64,000 bases of DNA from an uncultured delta proteobacterium (lineage in GTDB: Bacteria; Desulfobacterota; Binatia; UBA9968). Where the stretch lies: positions 192,001-256,000 of the forward strand of contig CAVYTU010000013.1 in NCBI GenBank assembly GCA_963771465.1, written 5' to 3'. The translations under genes were made by a program, and so were the position numbers. Below the pieces are notes generated by a model, which saw nothing but the letters and a program-made list of their open reading frames with translations, had not been told where the DNA came from and made no database searches. Positions 11,598-27,706 of this stretch are shown here, piece by piece (the stretch's first letter is position 1; every line of letters starts with the position of its first letter).

Positions 11598-11939
11598 ATG
11601 GCAAAACCAAAACGTCAAACCGCAAGGGAAAAGCCCGGCAGTCCAGACGGCCAAATTTACCTGTTCAAGCTGTGCATCAGCGGCATGACGCCGCGCTCGC
11701 GCCAAGCGGTGGTGAATATCAAGCGTATCTGCGAGGAATACCTGGCCGGCCAATACGAACTCGAGATCATCGATCTTTACCAGCAACCGGAGCTCGCCGC
11801 GCGCCACCAGATTATTGCCACGCCCACATTGCTACGGAACTTGCCGCAGCCGCAGCGACAAATGTTTGGCGATCTCACCGATACCAAAGCGACTTTACGC
11901 CGCCTTGGCATCGCGATCAAAGACGAGCTGCCCACATGA
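11598..11939 (+). CDS. kaiB: KaiB homolog 2 (divergent)
   Basis: [13 protein letters not shown]...ICEEYL...[29 protein letters not shown]...FGDLT. Confidence 0.9.
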   Translation: MAKPKRQTAREKPGSPDGQIYLFKLCISGMTPRSRQAVVNIKRICEEYLAGQYELEIIDLYQQPELAARHQIIATPTLLRNLPQPQRQMFGDLTDTKATLRRLGIAIKDELPT

Positions 11940-13565
11940 CGGCGCCGCAGACCAGCCACGATGAGCTGCTCGAGGAGAACCAGGACCTCCAAGCGCGTCT
12001 CGAAGAAGCGGAAGAATTACTGCACGCCATCCGCTCCGGCAATCTCGACGCGCTGCTGCTGGATGGTCAACAGGGCCCTCAGGTCTACACTCTGCAAGGC
12101 GCCGATCAACCCTATCGCGTCTATGTGGAAACCATGAATGAAGGCGCGGTGACGCTGTCAAACGACGGCACGATACTTTACGCCAACCACCAATTCGCCG
12201 AGTTCGTTGGCGAAGGCCTTGAGCAAACCGTCGGTAAATCGTTTCGCGATTTTATTACCGGCGCCGACGACGAGGCCTTCGCCACGCTGGTGCGCGAGAT
12301 CGGCGGCGGCAGCCGCAGGGCTGAAATCACGCTAACCAATCACACCGGCGGGCTCCTTCCGGTCGGGCTTTCGGCGCGGCAAATGGAGCATGGCGGCGAC
12401 CGATTTATTTGTCTTGTGGTGACGGATTTGAGCGGCCAAAGGCTCCAGGAACAATTGCGCGAAGCCGACCGGCACAAGGATGAGTTCCTGGCGATGTTGG
12501 GTCATGAGCTGAGAAATCCCCTGGCGATTATGCACAATGTGCTGCAAGTTCTGCGCAAAAAATATGGGCGCGGATGGATCGGGCGAAATGCGCGGCATGA
12601 TTGAAGAGCAGGTGCGCCATATGGGGCGGCTGATCGACGATTTGCTCGACATATCGCGCGTCACCACGGGCAAGATTCGCCTGGAATCAACCCGTTTCGA
12701 CCTCGTCAAAGTTGTCGCCGACACCGTGCAAAGCTACCGCGACAGTCTTGAAGGCAACGGTTTGACGCTCTCGCTCGAATTGCCAAACCGTCCGTTATTC
12801 GTCCAAGGCGACAAAACCCGCATCGCCCAGGTGATCGGCAATTTGCTGCATAATGCCAGCAAGTTTACCGACAGCGGCGGCAAGGTGACGGTAGCGTTGA
12901 GCGCAGATCCTGGCGTCAATACCGCGTCGATCCGAGTGCGCGATACCGGTATCGGTGTAGACGGCGAAACTTTGCGGCGCGTGTTCGATACTTTCGCCCA
13001 GGCGGACCGCAGCATGGCGCGCAGCCGCGGCGGTCTTGGTTTGGGGTTGGCGCTCGTCAAAGGGCTGGTCGAGCTGCATGGCGGCACAGTGGCGGCGGCG
13101 AGCGACGGGCCGGGACAGGGTTCGGAATTCATCATTCACCTACCGATCGCAGGAGCGCTGTCGGAGGCACCGAGCGAAGAGACCGCAACGGTTGGCCCAA
13201 CGCGCTCTTTCCGTATTCTAGTAATTGAAGATAACCAGGCCGGCGCCTTGAGCATGCAGATGTTGTTGAAACATCTGGGCCATGTCGCGGAAGTCGCCTA
13301 TAACGGCATCGACGGTCTTGCTGCCGCGCAGCGTTTCAAGCCCGATGTGGTGCTCTGCGATATCGGCTTGCCGGGCCTCGACGGCTATCAAATCGCTCAG
13401 CGCTTGCGCGCCAACCAAGAGTTGCGCCAAAGTTTTCTCATCGCTCTCAGCGGCTACGGTCAGGAGGAGGATAAACAGCGCGCCCTGGGGGCAGGATTCG
13501 ATATCCACTGCATCAAACCGCTAAACATCGAACTGCTCGAAAAGTATCTGTCGGAACTGAGTTAA
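11936..13565 (+). CDS. Coiled-coil-PAS-HisKA-HATPase-REC hybrid histidine kinase, frameshift at ~12567
   Basis: ATGA overlap with kaiB2; PAS ([10 protein letters not shown]...YAN) and HELRNPL, then a second frame with [21 protein letters not shown] and REC. Confidence 0.9.
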
Positions 13566-13594
13566 ACGAAACCTATCAGAAACGGTTTGCCGCG

Positions 13595-14563
13595 CTAATA
13601 TTGTGGCGCGGTTTTTAAATAAAGCGGGGTTTTTGTCGGCGTTAAGAAGATCGTCGGTTCTGCGCCGGACTGAGCCTGGCGCGAGAAGAATGTTTCGAGG
13701 ATGTTCTCGATCGAGAGAACGCCGGCGGTGTTGTCGCTGCCGTTGACGATGATGCCGATGGGATTTCCCGCGGCGTCCAGCACGGCGCCGCCGCTCATGT
13801 GGTTTTCCACGCGCATGCCCCATTTGGTGTCGGGCGCGATACCGACACCGCGCAAATAGGCGGGTGAATAGAGTGGGTAGTCCGCCGAAAAGTAACCGCG
13901 GTGCTTGTCATCGCTCAAGTTCAAAAATCCATAGCTGATTTGGAAACGGCCCTGTTGCGGGTAGCCGGCAACAAATATTCTTTTGGGTGGAAAGAGCGGC
14001 TGCAACTCGAAATCCGCCCGCGGCCGGCCGAGATCGATCTTGCCTTGGGCGAAATCTTTGAGCGGCCAATAAGGAAAACGCTCTGCGGGCGCGGCTTTGA
14101 GCCGGGCTATGACGAAATCGCGTTGCTTGATGATCTCGTCGGGACTGTGGCTCGATTTGCCGCTGGTCGAGTCGGTCTCGTTCAAATGCGAGAGCACTTC
14201 AATTTCATATTCGCGGTCGCTAGTTTGGGCTAGATAGCGCAGGCGCGGGCGATTTTTCGAACAGTCGGAAAGATCGGCGAAACGGCTGGCTTCTTTCTGC
14301 GCATCCAAGCAGTATTTCATCACGTGATAAGCGGTGATGAACAGACCGTCGAGGGAAATCAGGAAACCCGATCCGAGATTGACACGTTTCTTGGCCTCGC
14401 CGTCTTGGTATTCCAGCGAAATTTTCACGCTTCTCGACTCGACGTCGCGCCATGAAAACTCCGCGCCGGCTGTTTTGAGCTGCTCAGCTCCCGTCAGATA
14501 ATCGCCCAATGAGATCGACGGACAAAGCAACGCAATAATGATGAAAAAAAAGGAACGTTGCAC
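13595..14563 (-). CDS. Secreted trypsin-like serine protease
   Basis: Signal peptide; GSGFLIS, TAYHV (His), RDFVIARL (Asp), HMSGGAV (Ser). Confidence 0.75.
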   Translation of the reverse strand: MQRSFFFIIIALLCPSISLGDYLTGAEQLKTAGAEFSWRDVESRSVKISLEYQDGEAKKRVNLGSGFLISLDGLFITAYHVMKYCLDAQKEASRFADLSDCSKNRPRLRYLAQTSDREYEIEVLSHLNETDSTSGKSSHSPDEIIKQRDFVIARLKAAPAERFPYWPLKDFAQGKIDLGRPRADFELQPLFPPKRIFVAGYPQQGRFQISYGFLNLSDDKHRGYFSADYPLYSPAYLRGVGIAPDTKWGMRVENHMSGGAVLDAAGNPIGIIVNGSDNTAGVLSIENILETFFSRQAQSGAEPTIFLTPTKTPLYLKTAPQY

Positions 14564-14682
14564 TGGGAATTTGCCGTAAATTACACGACAAAAAATTAAA
14601 AATCAACAAAAATTAAAAATTAAAGGGCTGCGAAAAACGGCGATTTTCAATTCTCGGCGTTTCCGCGAAATTGCCGCCGAGT

Positions 14683-14698
14683 TGGTCCGGAGATTGCA
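14683..14698 (+). promoter_or_regulatory. sigma54 -24/-12 promoter (relaxed match)
   Basis: TGGTCC-GGAGA-TTGCA, preceded by an A-tract region at 14589-14624. Confidence 0.6.
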
Positions 14699-14787
14699 GC
14701 TTATTATTTTATGGTTTTTATTACCTGCCGTAGGCAGGATTGTGGTCGCGCGAGGATTCAAGCTGGCGCGAGAAGGGTTGGTGCAAT

Positions 14788-15216
14788 ATGGCGAAGGATT
14801 TTAAAAAGGTTTTCGCCCGACCGAAGGTCGTTCCGCTGCGTAAGACGCTATTCCCAAAGCCCCGGCTAGTTAGGCCGAAGCGGGCGGAGGAGTCGAAATG
14901 GCAACGGGTCGAGTTGGCATTACTGGTCAGGCTCGAAGCAAGACCTGGAAAAGAGCACGAGCTGGCAAATTGTCTGCGCGCCGGATTGACGCTGGTGCAG
15001 CAGGAGCCCACTACTGCGTCCTGGTTTGCGATTCGCCTCGGACCGTCGACATTTGCGCTCTTCGATGCGTTCCCAGACGAAGCCGGACGTCAGGCCCATC
15101 TGGAGGGTTCACTGGCGGCGATCCTCAAAGAGATAACTTCCAAGCGCTTGGCTCGGCCGCCGGTGATCGAAAGGGTCGACGTGCTGGCCGCCAAGCTGGC
15201 CCATTTCGGCGTTTAG
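14788..15216 (+). CDS. ABM/putative quinol monooxygenase family protein
   Basis: LLVRLEARPGKE...QEPTTASWFAIRLGPSTFALFDAFPDEAGRQAHL. Confidence 0.8.
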   Translation: MAKDFKKVFARPKVVPLRKTLFPKPRLVRPKRAEESKWQRVELALLVRLEARPGKEHELANCLRAGLTLVQQEPTTASWFAIRLGPSTFALFDAFPDEAGRQAHLEGSLAAILKEITSKRLARPPVIERVDVLAAKLAHFGV

Positions 15217-15300
15217 CGCGCAAAGGAGAAGGGGATGCGAGCCAAGCTGATCAATGACGACGCGCAGAAAGCTTTAGAGCAAAAAGCATAAGGAGGTTTT

Positions 15301-15471
15301 ATGGCGAAAGCAAAAAAGCGCAGTAAACAAACGGTAAAGAAGAACAAATCCTCCAAGGGTAAACGCCATCGTAAGATCAGCGGCTCACAGACTAATCAGC
15401 CCTTCGAGCAAGACGCCAAACGCCGTATCGGCCAATACGGCGGAGCAGGCGAGCCACCGATCATGAAGTAA
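15301..15471 (+). CDS. Small basic hypothetical protein (56 aa, not in ORF track)
   Basis: AGGAGG RBS; MAKAKKRSKQTVKKNKSSKGKRHRKISGSQTNQPFEQDAKRRIGQYGGAGEPPIMK*. Confidence 0.7.
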   Translation: MAKAKKRSKQTVKKNKSSKGKRHRKISGSQTNQPFEQDAKRRIGQYGGAGEPPIMK

Positions 15472-15508
15472 TTCATTTTAACAAGAAGAAAAATTTTCGG
15501 GGATGCTC

Positions 15509-15658
15509 ATGATTCGCAAGCTTAAATCTGGGCAATATAGATTGTACTCGGGCAAGAAGAATCCAAAAACCGGGAAACGCAGGAATCTCGGAACGTTCAA
15601 GAGTCTCAAGGCAGCGCAGCATCATGAACGGGCGGTGCAATTTTTCAAGCGCCATTGA
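15509..15658 (+). CDS. Small basic hypothetical protein (49 aa, not in ORF track)
   Basis: MIRKLKSGQYRLYSGKKNPKTGKRRNLGTFKSLKAAQHHERAVQFFKRH*; resembles a small soil-bacterial family (from recall, not searched). Confidence 0.75.
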   Translation: MIRKLKSGQYRLYSGKKNPKTGKRRNLGTFKSLKAAQHHERAVQFFKRH

Positions 15659-15698
15659 TTTCACGGATGGTGTTCGCTGATTCAGCGCTGAGGCCGCC

Positions 15699-15959
15699 AT
15701 GCCTAAAACGAAAAAATGGGTGGGCAAGGTGAAAACAGTTTCTACCGCGCCGCCGAAAAATTTATTCACTAAAAATGCTCAAACGATTGCCAAGACGCTG
15801 GCAAGAAAAAGCGTGAGTCCCAAAGGGATCGGTTCCGGTATCCGGATGATCCAATATTTCATCAATCGCGGCGGCAAAAATTTACCTGTGAGCCGTAAGC
15901 GTGAGCTCGAGAAGGCGAAGATGATACTGCAAAAGAAAAATACCAAGCGCGCGAACTAA
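15699..15959 (+). CDS. DUF3175-like protein
   Basis: KKWV...LFTKNAQTIAKTL...MIQYFINRGGKNL...ELEKAK. Confidence 0.75.
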   Translation: MPKTKKWVGKVKTVSTAPPKNLFTKNAQTIAKTLARKSVSPKGIGSGIRMIQYFINRGGKNLPVSRKRELEKAKMILQKKNTKRAN

Positions 15960-16024
15960 GTTAAGACTTCGGGTAGCAAGTCACTTGCTCCAGGAAAAGC
16001 CCGTCACGTGAAAGGGTTAATATT

Positions 16025-16198
16025 ATGGGCACTCCCGCACACAGGCCGCCTAATCCTAAGCCGCCGTTTCCCGACCCGGATCCACCTCGTCCGCCGCCGC
16101 GTCCGCTCCCCGATCCACCCCTGCCGCCACAGAATCCGCGACCACCGCTGAACAAATCGTTCGCCGGTGACAGTTATTGGGTCATGCCGAGGATATGA
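16025..16198 (+). CDS. Putative proline-rich microprotein (57 aa)
   Basis: MGTPAHRPPNPKPPFPDPDPPRPPPRPLPDPPLPPQNPRPPLNKS...; purine-rich upstream sequence. Confidence 0.45.
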   Translation: MGTPAHRPPNPKPPFPDPDPPRPPPRPLPDPPLPPQNPRPPLNKSFAGDSYWVMPRI

Positions 16199-16200
16199 AG

Positions 16201-16701
16201 TTATGAATGGCGTCGCGCACGCGTACGCGCGGCTTTCCGGCCGGCGGCAGAACGTCCCCTGCGGCCTTTAGTTAGTGCGGCTTTGCGTGCTGCGTTTGAG
16301 CGCGCAGCTCTTGTCCGTTTGCGCGCCGCGGAACGCGTCTGCTTGGATAACGCTTGCTTGGACGCCGCGCTGCCGCTTTCACGTTTCAGAGCGCGTTCAG
16401 TGGCGTCCGATCGGCGGCGAGAGGGTTTCTGTTTTCCTCGCTGGCCGGCTTGATAGGCACGTTTCGCGCTGCGCCGCGTCTTTTCGGAAACGGTGCCTTT
16501 CTCCGGGGGCGGCAAATCGACTCCCGAGCGCCGCGCTTTAGATAAACCGATGGCAATCGCCTGTTTCGCCGATCGAGCGCCGTGTTTACCTTCCCTGATG
16601 TGATGGATTTCCTCCCGCACGAATTCTCCCGCTTGCGTGCTGGACGACTTTCCTTGTTGCTTATCCCTCTTGGCTCTACTGATTGTTTGTTTTTCCGGCA
16701 T
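16201..16701 (-). CDS. DUF6496-like basic, putative DNA-binding protein
   Basis: QAGEFVREEIHHIREGKHGARSAKQAIAIGLSKARR followed by an Arg/Ala/Lys-rich tail. Confidence 0.8.
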   Translation of the reverse strand: MPEKQTISRAKRDKQQGKSSSTQAGEFVREEIHHIREGKHGARSAKQAIAIGLSKARRSGVDLPPPEKGTVSEKTRRSAKRAYQAGQRGKQKPSRRRSDATERALKRESGSAASKQALSKQTRSAARKRTRAARSNAARKAALTKGRRGRSAAGRKAARTRARRHS

Positions 16702-16779
16702 GATCCATTTCCTCTTCTGCTATGAACGCAGGGAAGCTGCGCGAAGCTCGCGACCAAACTAACCTGTATGGTTCTTCGG

Positions 16780-17217
16780 CTAACGATTGGGCTCAGACGG
16801 CTCCGATATGTCAATGAGTGTCTCGTCGACCAGCTTCTGATCTTTGCCTGCGCTGCGCACAGCGAGATCGCCCAAGGACAACATTCCGATCAACTGCTTT
16901 TCTCTGTTCAGTATGGGCAGACGGCGAATTTGCTCTGCTTGCATTACCGTCGAAGCTTCTTCTAATGATTGATCGTCGAAGCAATAAGTCACGCCGGGGG
17001 TCATGATGTCGCTCACCTTGGTGGTCGCGGGATCGAGCCCTTCGGCGACAAGACGTATGGCGATATCGCGATCGGTGATTATCCCTTCGAGCTTCTCCCC
17101 GTTACACACAGGCAAAGATCCGACGTCCAACTCTCTCATCTTCGCAGCCGCTTCTACCGCCGCGGCATCCAAGTAAACAACTTCCGCGCCCTGAGTCATA
17201 ATATCTCTGATTTGCAT
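16780..17217 (-). CDS. Tandem CBS-domain protein
   Basis: IRDIMT, VGSLPV, GIITDRDI, IRRLPI, GMLSLGDL; GGAGG RBS. Confidence 0.9.
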   Translation of the reverse strand: MQIRDIMTQGAEVVYLDAAAVEAAAKMRELDVGSLPVCNGEKLEGIITDRDIAIRLVAEGLDPATTKVSDIMTPGVTYCFDDQSLEEASTVMQAEQIRRLPILNREKQLIGMLSLGDLAVRSAGKDQKLVDETLIDISEPSEPNR

Positions 17218-17401
17218 AACAGCACCTCCGTTTTTTTTTCAGCTGTATTCTGGGGATTATAATCTGACTGATCGATCCGTTCTGCTACTTGTTGCACGGA
17301 TGGCGCATCGAAACTGTCGGCTCGCTGTCGGAGTTTTACATCGGGGCATTGAACGTCTTTGTTTTGTGGCTTATGTTTCGTCGCGCGTGCCAGGTAATGA
17401 C

Positions 17402-17416
17402 GCAAACCGAATGCCA
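17402..17416 (-). promoter_or_regulatory. sigma54 -24/-12 promoter
   Basis: Minus strand TGGCAT-TCGGT-TTGC, pointing at the CBS/DUF6496 genes. Confidence 0.7.
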
Positions 17417-17751
17417 TGGTTCCGAGAGTAGAAGAGAATAAAAACTCATCATGTGCGTAGCGATCATCGCGTACGCGCAAGCCTGCAAGTATTAAGCACA
17501 TGCCGATGCGTGGAAATTTTCACGCGGTTCATTCACGTCTAGTGTAAGCGCCAAAATGATTTGACGGCCGTCCGATCTTCGCTTTCCTGTTCGCTCTGCT
17601 GTCCCCAAACTGGGTCGCCGAGGCCGAGCAAACTCTCAATTATAGTAATGGTGTTTCGACTAGATCTTCTTATCGCCTTCAGCGGCCAGACAACGGTGGT
17701 TTATCGATGCGAGGATCTTTTTGATTCGTCTAAATCGGGTGCGCAATCGCC

Positions 17752-17769
17752 TGTCCCATTTGTGATACA
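17752..17769. promoter_or_regulatory. Palindromic TGT-N12-ACA putative activator site
   Basis: TGTCCCA-TTTG-TGATACA; partial copies at 17600 and 17794. Confidence 0.45.
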
Positions 17770-17932
17770 AATTGCGCAAATCCGGCCACAAGTTGTCTCA
17801 AATATAGGAACTAAAAAAAATAAAAATATGGTGAATTGGAATAATCTTGACAACCGCAAACCAAAAATTGATTAATTGTGAGTCATCATTAGACATCATA
17901 TCTAGAGGACAACTGGCGTAAGGAGAACGCGG

Positions 17933-24274
<6,342 letters not shown>

Positions 24275-24349
24275 CCGTTGTTCGAGGTTATCTGTTAACG
24301 TTCAAAGCGAAAACGTTGGATCTCGAACCTTGAAATCTTACGACCCACT

Positions 24350-25465
24350 ATGAATGAACCGACCAACATTCTCCTCGTCGACGATCAGGCGCGTAATCTC
24401 GATGCCCTCGAGGCGATCCTGGCTTCGCCGGACTACCGCCTGTTCCGCGCCCAATCGGCCAACGAAGCGCTGCTGGCATTGCTCAACCACGATTTCGCGG
24501 TCATTGTGCTCGATATCCGCATGCCGGATGTCAACGGCTACGAGCTCGCGCAGATGATCAAGCAGCGCAAAAAAAATCAGCATCTGCCGATCATTTTCTT
24601 GACCGCCTATTTGCAGGATGATAGAGAAATCCTCGACGCCTACGGCGCCGGCGCGGTGGACTATTTGAGCAAGCCGATCAACCCTTTGATCCTCAAGTCC
24701 AAGGTCGGAGTTTTTGTCGATCTGTTTCGCAAGACCCGCGAGCTGGCGCGCCTCAACGAAATCATGGAGAGCGAGATCGAAGAGCGGGTGGCGCAGATCA
24801 GGGCGAGCTTGCAAGAAAAAGAAATTTTGCTCAAGGAAGTCCATCACCGGGTAAAAAATAACATGCAGGTCATTTCGAGTCTGCTGAGTCTGCAAGCCGA
24901 GCGCGTTGGCGAAGGCGAGACCCGGCAACAATTTCGCGACGTGCGCGATCGCGTCCAGTCGATGGCGCTGGTGCACGAGAAGCTTTACCAGTCCGAGAAC
25001 TTCGCGCATGTGCAGATTGACGATTATACGCGCAGCTTGATGAACGATCTATTTCAAGCCTACGCCAGCGGACTTCCGAAGGTGCAACTTCATCTCGATC
25101 TTGAGACGGCCGAGCTACCCGTGAATCTCGCTATCTCTTTTGGACTGATCCTGAACGAGTTGGCAACCAATGCCTTCAAGCATGCGTTTCGCGGCCGTGA
25201 CAGCGGCGAAATCCAGATCAAACTTGAAACTAACCGAAATGAAGAAATCCGGTTGCGATTCGCGGATAATGGCCGGGGCTTTGCCGCGCCACTGCGTTGG
25301 GAGAGCGTCGATTCGTTGGGCCTGCGTTTGGTCCGCATGCTAACCCAGCAGCTCGGCGGGCACGTCGAAATGCGCAGCGAACGGGGCACGACTTTCGAGC
25401 TGAGCTTCAAAATCAGTCCTGCGGCAATGTCGCCTGGCAGCAATGAGGAGTCGTTAAGGTCATGA
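24350..25465 (+). CDS. REC + HisKA_2-type histidine kinase
   Basis: ILLVDD...LDIRMP...KP receiver; KEVHHRVKNN H-box; NELATNAFKHAF. Confidence 0.9.
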   Translation: MNEPTNILLVDDQARNLDALEAILASPDYRLFRAQSANEALLALLNHDFAVIVLDIRMPDVNGYELAQMIKQRKKNQHLPIIFLTAYLQDDREILDAYGAGAVDYLSKPINPLILKSKVGVFVDLFRKTRELARLNEIMESEIEERVAQIRASLQEKEILLKEVHHRVKNNMQVISSLLSLQAERVGEGETRQQFRDVRDRVQSMALVHEKLYQSENFAHVQIDDYTRSLMNDLFQAYASGLPKVQLHLDLETAELPVNLAISFGLILNELATNAFKHAFRGRDSGEIQIKLETNRNEEIRLRFADNGRGFAAPLRWESVDSLGLRLVRMLTQQLGGHVEMRSERGTTFELSFKISPAAMSPGSNEESLRS

Positions 25466-27456
25466 GCAGCGCGAGCATTCTAGTTGTCGAAGATGAAGCG
25501 ATCGTCGCGCTCGATCTCAGTCAACGATTGACCCGCCTGGGTTACCGAGTCATCGCCACGGTCGACCAAGGAGAAAAGGCGGTTGCTGCGACGCTCACGC
25601 ATAATCCAGATTTGGTGCTGATGGACCTTCGACTCGCCGGCGCCATGGACGGCATTGCCGCAGCGCAACAGATCGCGCAGGTGGCCGACGTTCCGATCGT
25701 TTTTTTGACCGCCCACTCCGACCCCGAAACCCTCGCCAGGGCGTGCCTGACCGGGCCATTCGGTTATATTTTGAAGCCCTTCAACGAGCGCGAGTTACAC
25801 ACCCAGCTTGAAATTGCACTTTACCGCCACGGCGCGGAACGGCGCGTGCGCGAAAGCGAAGCGCAGCTGCGCGCCGTCATGAACACTGCCCAAGACGGTA
25901 TACTGGCGATCGATAAGGCTGGGGTGATTCTCAGTACGAACCCGGGAGGCGAAGAAATCTTTGGCTATGGCGCCGGCGAAATGATTGGGCTCGACGCTGG
26001 CGAATTGATGCCTAGCTTGCACGTGATGATAGACAACGATGACGATCAAGGTTTTGTCAAAACCCGCGGCGGCAGTATTTTGAGCGCGGTTCGAGAAGTG
26101 AGCGGCAAGCGCAAAGACGGCGCCCTACTGCCGCTCGAGATAACTCTAAGCAAAAGAAACGATCGGGCACAACGCAACTACATTGGCATCGTGCGCAATA
26201 TCAGCCGGCGCAAGCAACTTGAAAATAAACTTAAGGGGATCGTCGACGACCTGCGCGAGAGCGATCGGCGCAAGGATGAATTTTTGGCAACGCTGTCGCA
26301 CGAATTGCGCAACCCCTTGGCACCCATACGCAGTGTCTCGGATATTCTCAAGAGCATGGTGGATATAGTCGATCCCAAATTTCACTGGTGTTGTGAGATT
26401 CTCGACCGCCAGATGGACCTAGTGACCCGCCTGATGGAAGATCTGCTCGATGTTGGCCGGATTAGCCGGGGCAGCCTGATATTGCACAAGGAATGGGTCG
26501 ATTTTCGCGAAATCGTTCGCACGCTCATCGCAGCTTGCAGCCCTGAGGTCGACGCCGCTGGACATAAACTCGTCGTTGACGTCCCTGATATCGACATCAA
26601 GATGTTCGTGGACCCGGTCCGGATGACGCAAATCTTGAGCAACTTAGTGAACAACGCCGTGAAATATACGGATGGCCACGGCGAGGTGCGATTTATTGTC
26701 CAAAGCCAACGCGATGAGATCGTCATTCAAGTGCAAGATTCCGGCATCGGCATCTCGGCCGATTTTTTGCCTTCGGTATTTCAAATGTTCAGGCAGGCGG
26801 ATAGTAGTTTGGAACGCAACCGGGGCGGGCTTGGCATCGGGCTCGCGTTGGTGAAAAGCCTAGTCGAGCTGCACGGCGGCAGTGTTGAGGCTTCGAGCCT
26901 CGGTCTCGGCCAAGGTAGTGTGTTTACGGTGCGACTGCCGGTGGCGCCGGTGGGCTCGATTGCCGCTGACATGCTCCCACGCGCTGCCGAACAGAACGGC
27001 CGACCAGCGCCGACGTCGAGGTCTAAACGAATTCTAATCGTCGACGATAATAAATTGCAGGCCCAAAGCCTGGGGATTTTAGTGCAGCTCTGGGGTTATG
27101 AGGTTCGGCTCGCTTATGACGGGCCGAGCGCGCTTGCGGCCTTGGGTGAATATTCGGCCGACGTTGCGCTTATCGATATCGGGTTGCCCGGTATCAGTGG
27201 CTACGAAGTCGCGCGTCAAATCCGTGAACAGCCGCAATGGCGGCACATGACACTGATCGCGCAGACCGGTTGGGGGCGCGACAGTGATCGCGACAAATCG
27301 GAACAAGCGGGTTTCGATCATCACTTCACCAAGCCGCTCAACCACAACGCCTTGGAAAAAGTTCTTGTTCAGACGGTGGCGCAAAACATTGGCGCATCAA
27401 TGGATTTCGTGGAAATTCACAGTAGCGATCCAGCCCCTCCAATGAAATCGAGTTGA
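25462..27456 (+). CDS. REC-PAS-HisKA-HATPase-REC hybrid kinase
   Basis: ILVVEDE...MDLRL; PAS; SHELRNPL; NLVNNAVKY; C-terminal REC; ATGA overlap with the previous gene. Confidence 0.9.
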   Translation: MSSASILVVEDEAIVALDLSQRLTRLGYRVIATVDQGEKAVAATLTHNPDLVLMDLRLAGAMDGIAAAQQIAQVADVPIVFLTAHSDPETLARACLTGPFGYILKPFNERELHTQLEIALYRHGAERRVRESEAQLRAVMNTAQDGILAIDKAGVILSTNPGGEEIFGYGAGEMIGLDAGELMPSLHVMIDNDDDQGFVKTRGGSILSAVREVSGKRKDGALLPLEITLSKRNDRAQRNYIGIVRNISRRKQLENKLKGIVDDLRESDRRKDEFLATLSHELRNPLAPIRSVSDILKSMVDIVDPKFHWCCEILDRQMDLVTRLMEDLLDVGRISRGSLILHKEWVDFREIVRTLIAACSPEVDAAGHKLVVDVPDIDIKMFVDPVRMTQILSNLVNNAVKYTDGHGEVRFIVQSQRDEIVIQVQDSGIGISADFLPSVFQMFRQADSSLERNRGGLGIGLALVKSLVELHGGSVEASSLGLGQGSVFTVRLPVAPVGSIAADMLPRAAEQNGRPAPTSRSKRILIVDDNKLQAQSLGILVQLWGYEVRLAYDGPSALAALGEYSADVALIDIGLPGISGYEVARQIREQPQWRHMTLIAQTGWGRDSDRDKSEQAGFDHHFTKPLNHNALEKVLVQTVAQNIGASMDFVEIHSSDPAPPMKSS

Positions 27457-27706
27457 ATGGCCAGCGTAATCTGCCCAGGGAATTCGCTGCGAAAAATCGC
27501 GCAGCGGTGATAGTTCCAGAGGCGTTTTTCACGCTTGTGGTCACGCCAACGGACTCTTTCATGCCGTTTGAGCGTGCCCATTGTCGACTTTGTTTAAACA
27601 GTTTTTGGTTTTCGGGTTGGCACCGTTGGCGGCGCGATTTTGCTGTGCTAGTCTGCGACAGCTTTCGCGTTCGATCATTCGCCAATCCAGATTTAAGTAG
27701 GAGAGC

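Noticed and set aside
9474-11939. A complete cyanobacterial-type circadian oscillator
   Set aside because: No kaiA in the window and KaiC has SS rather than ST; self-sustained oscillation cannot be claimed from sequence
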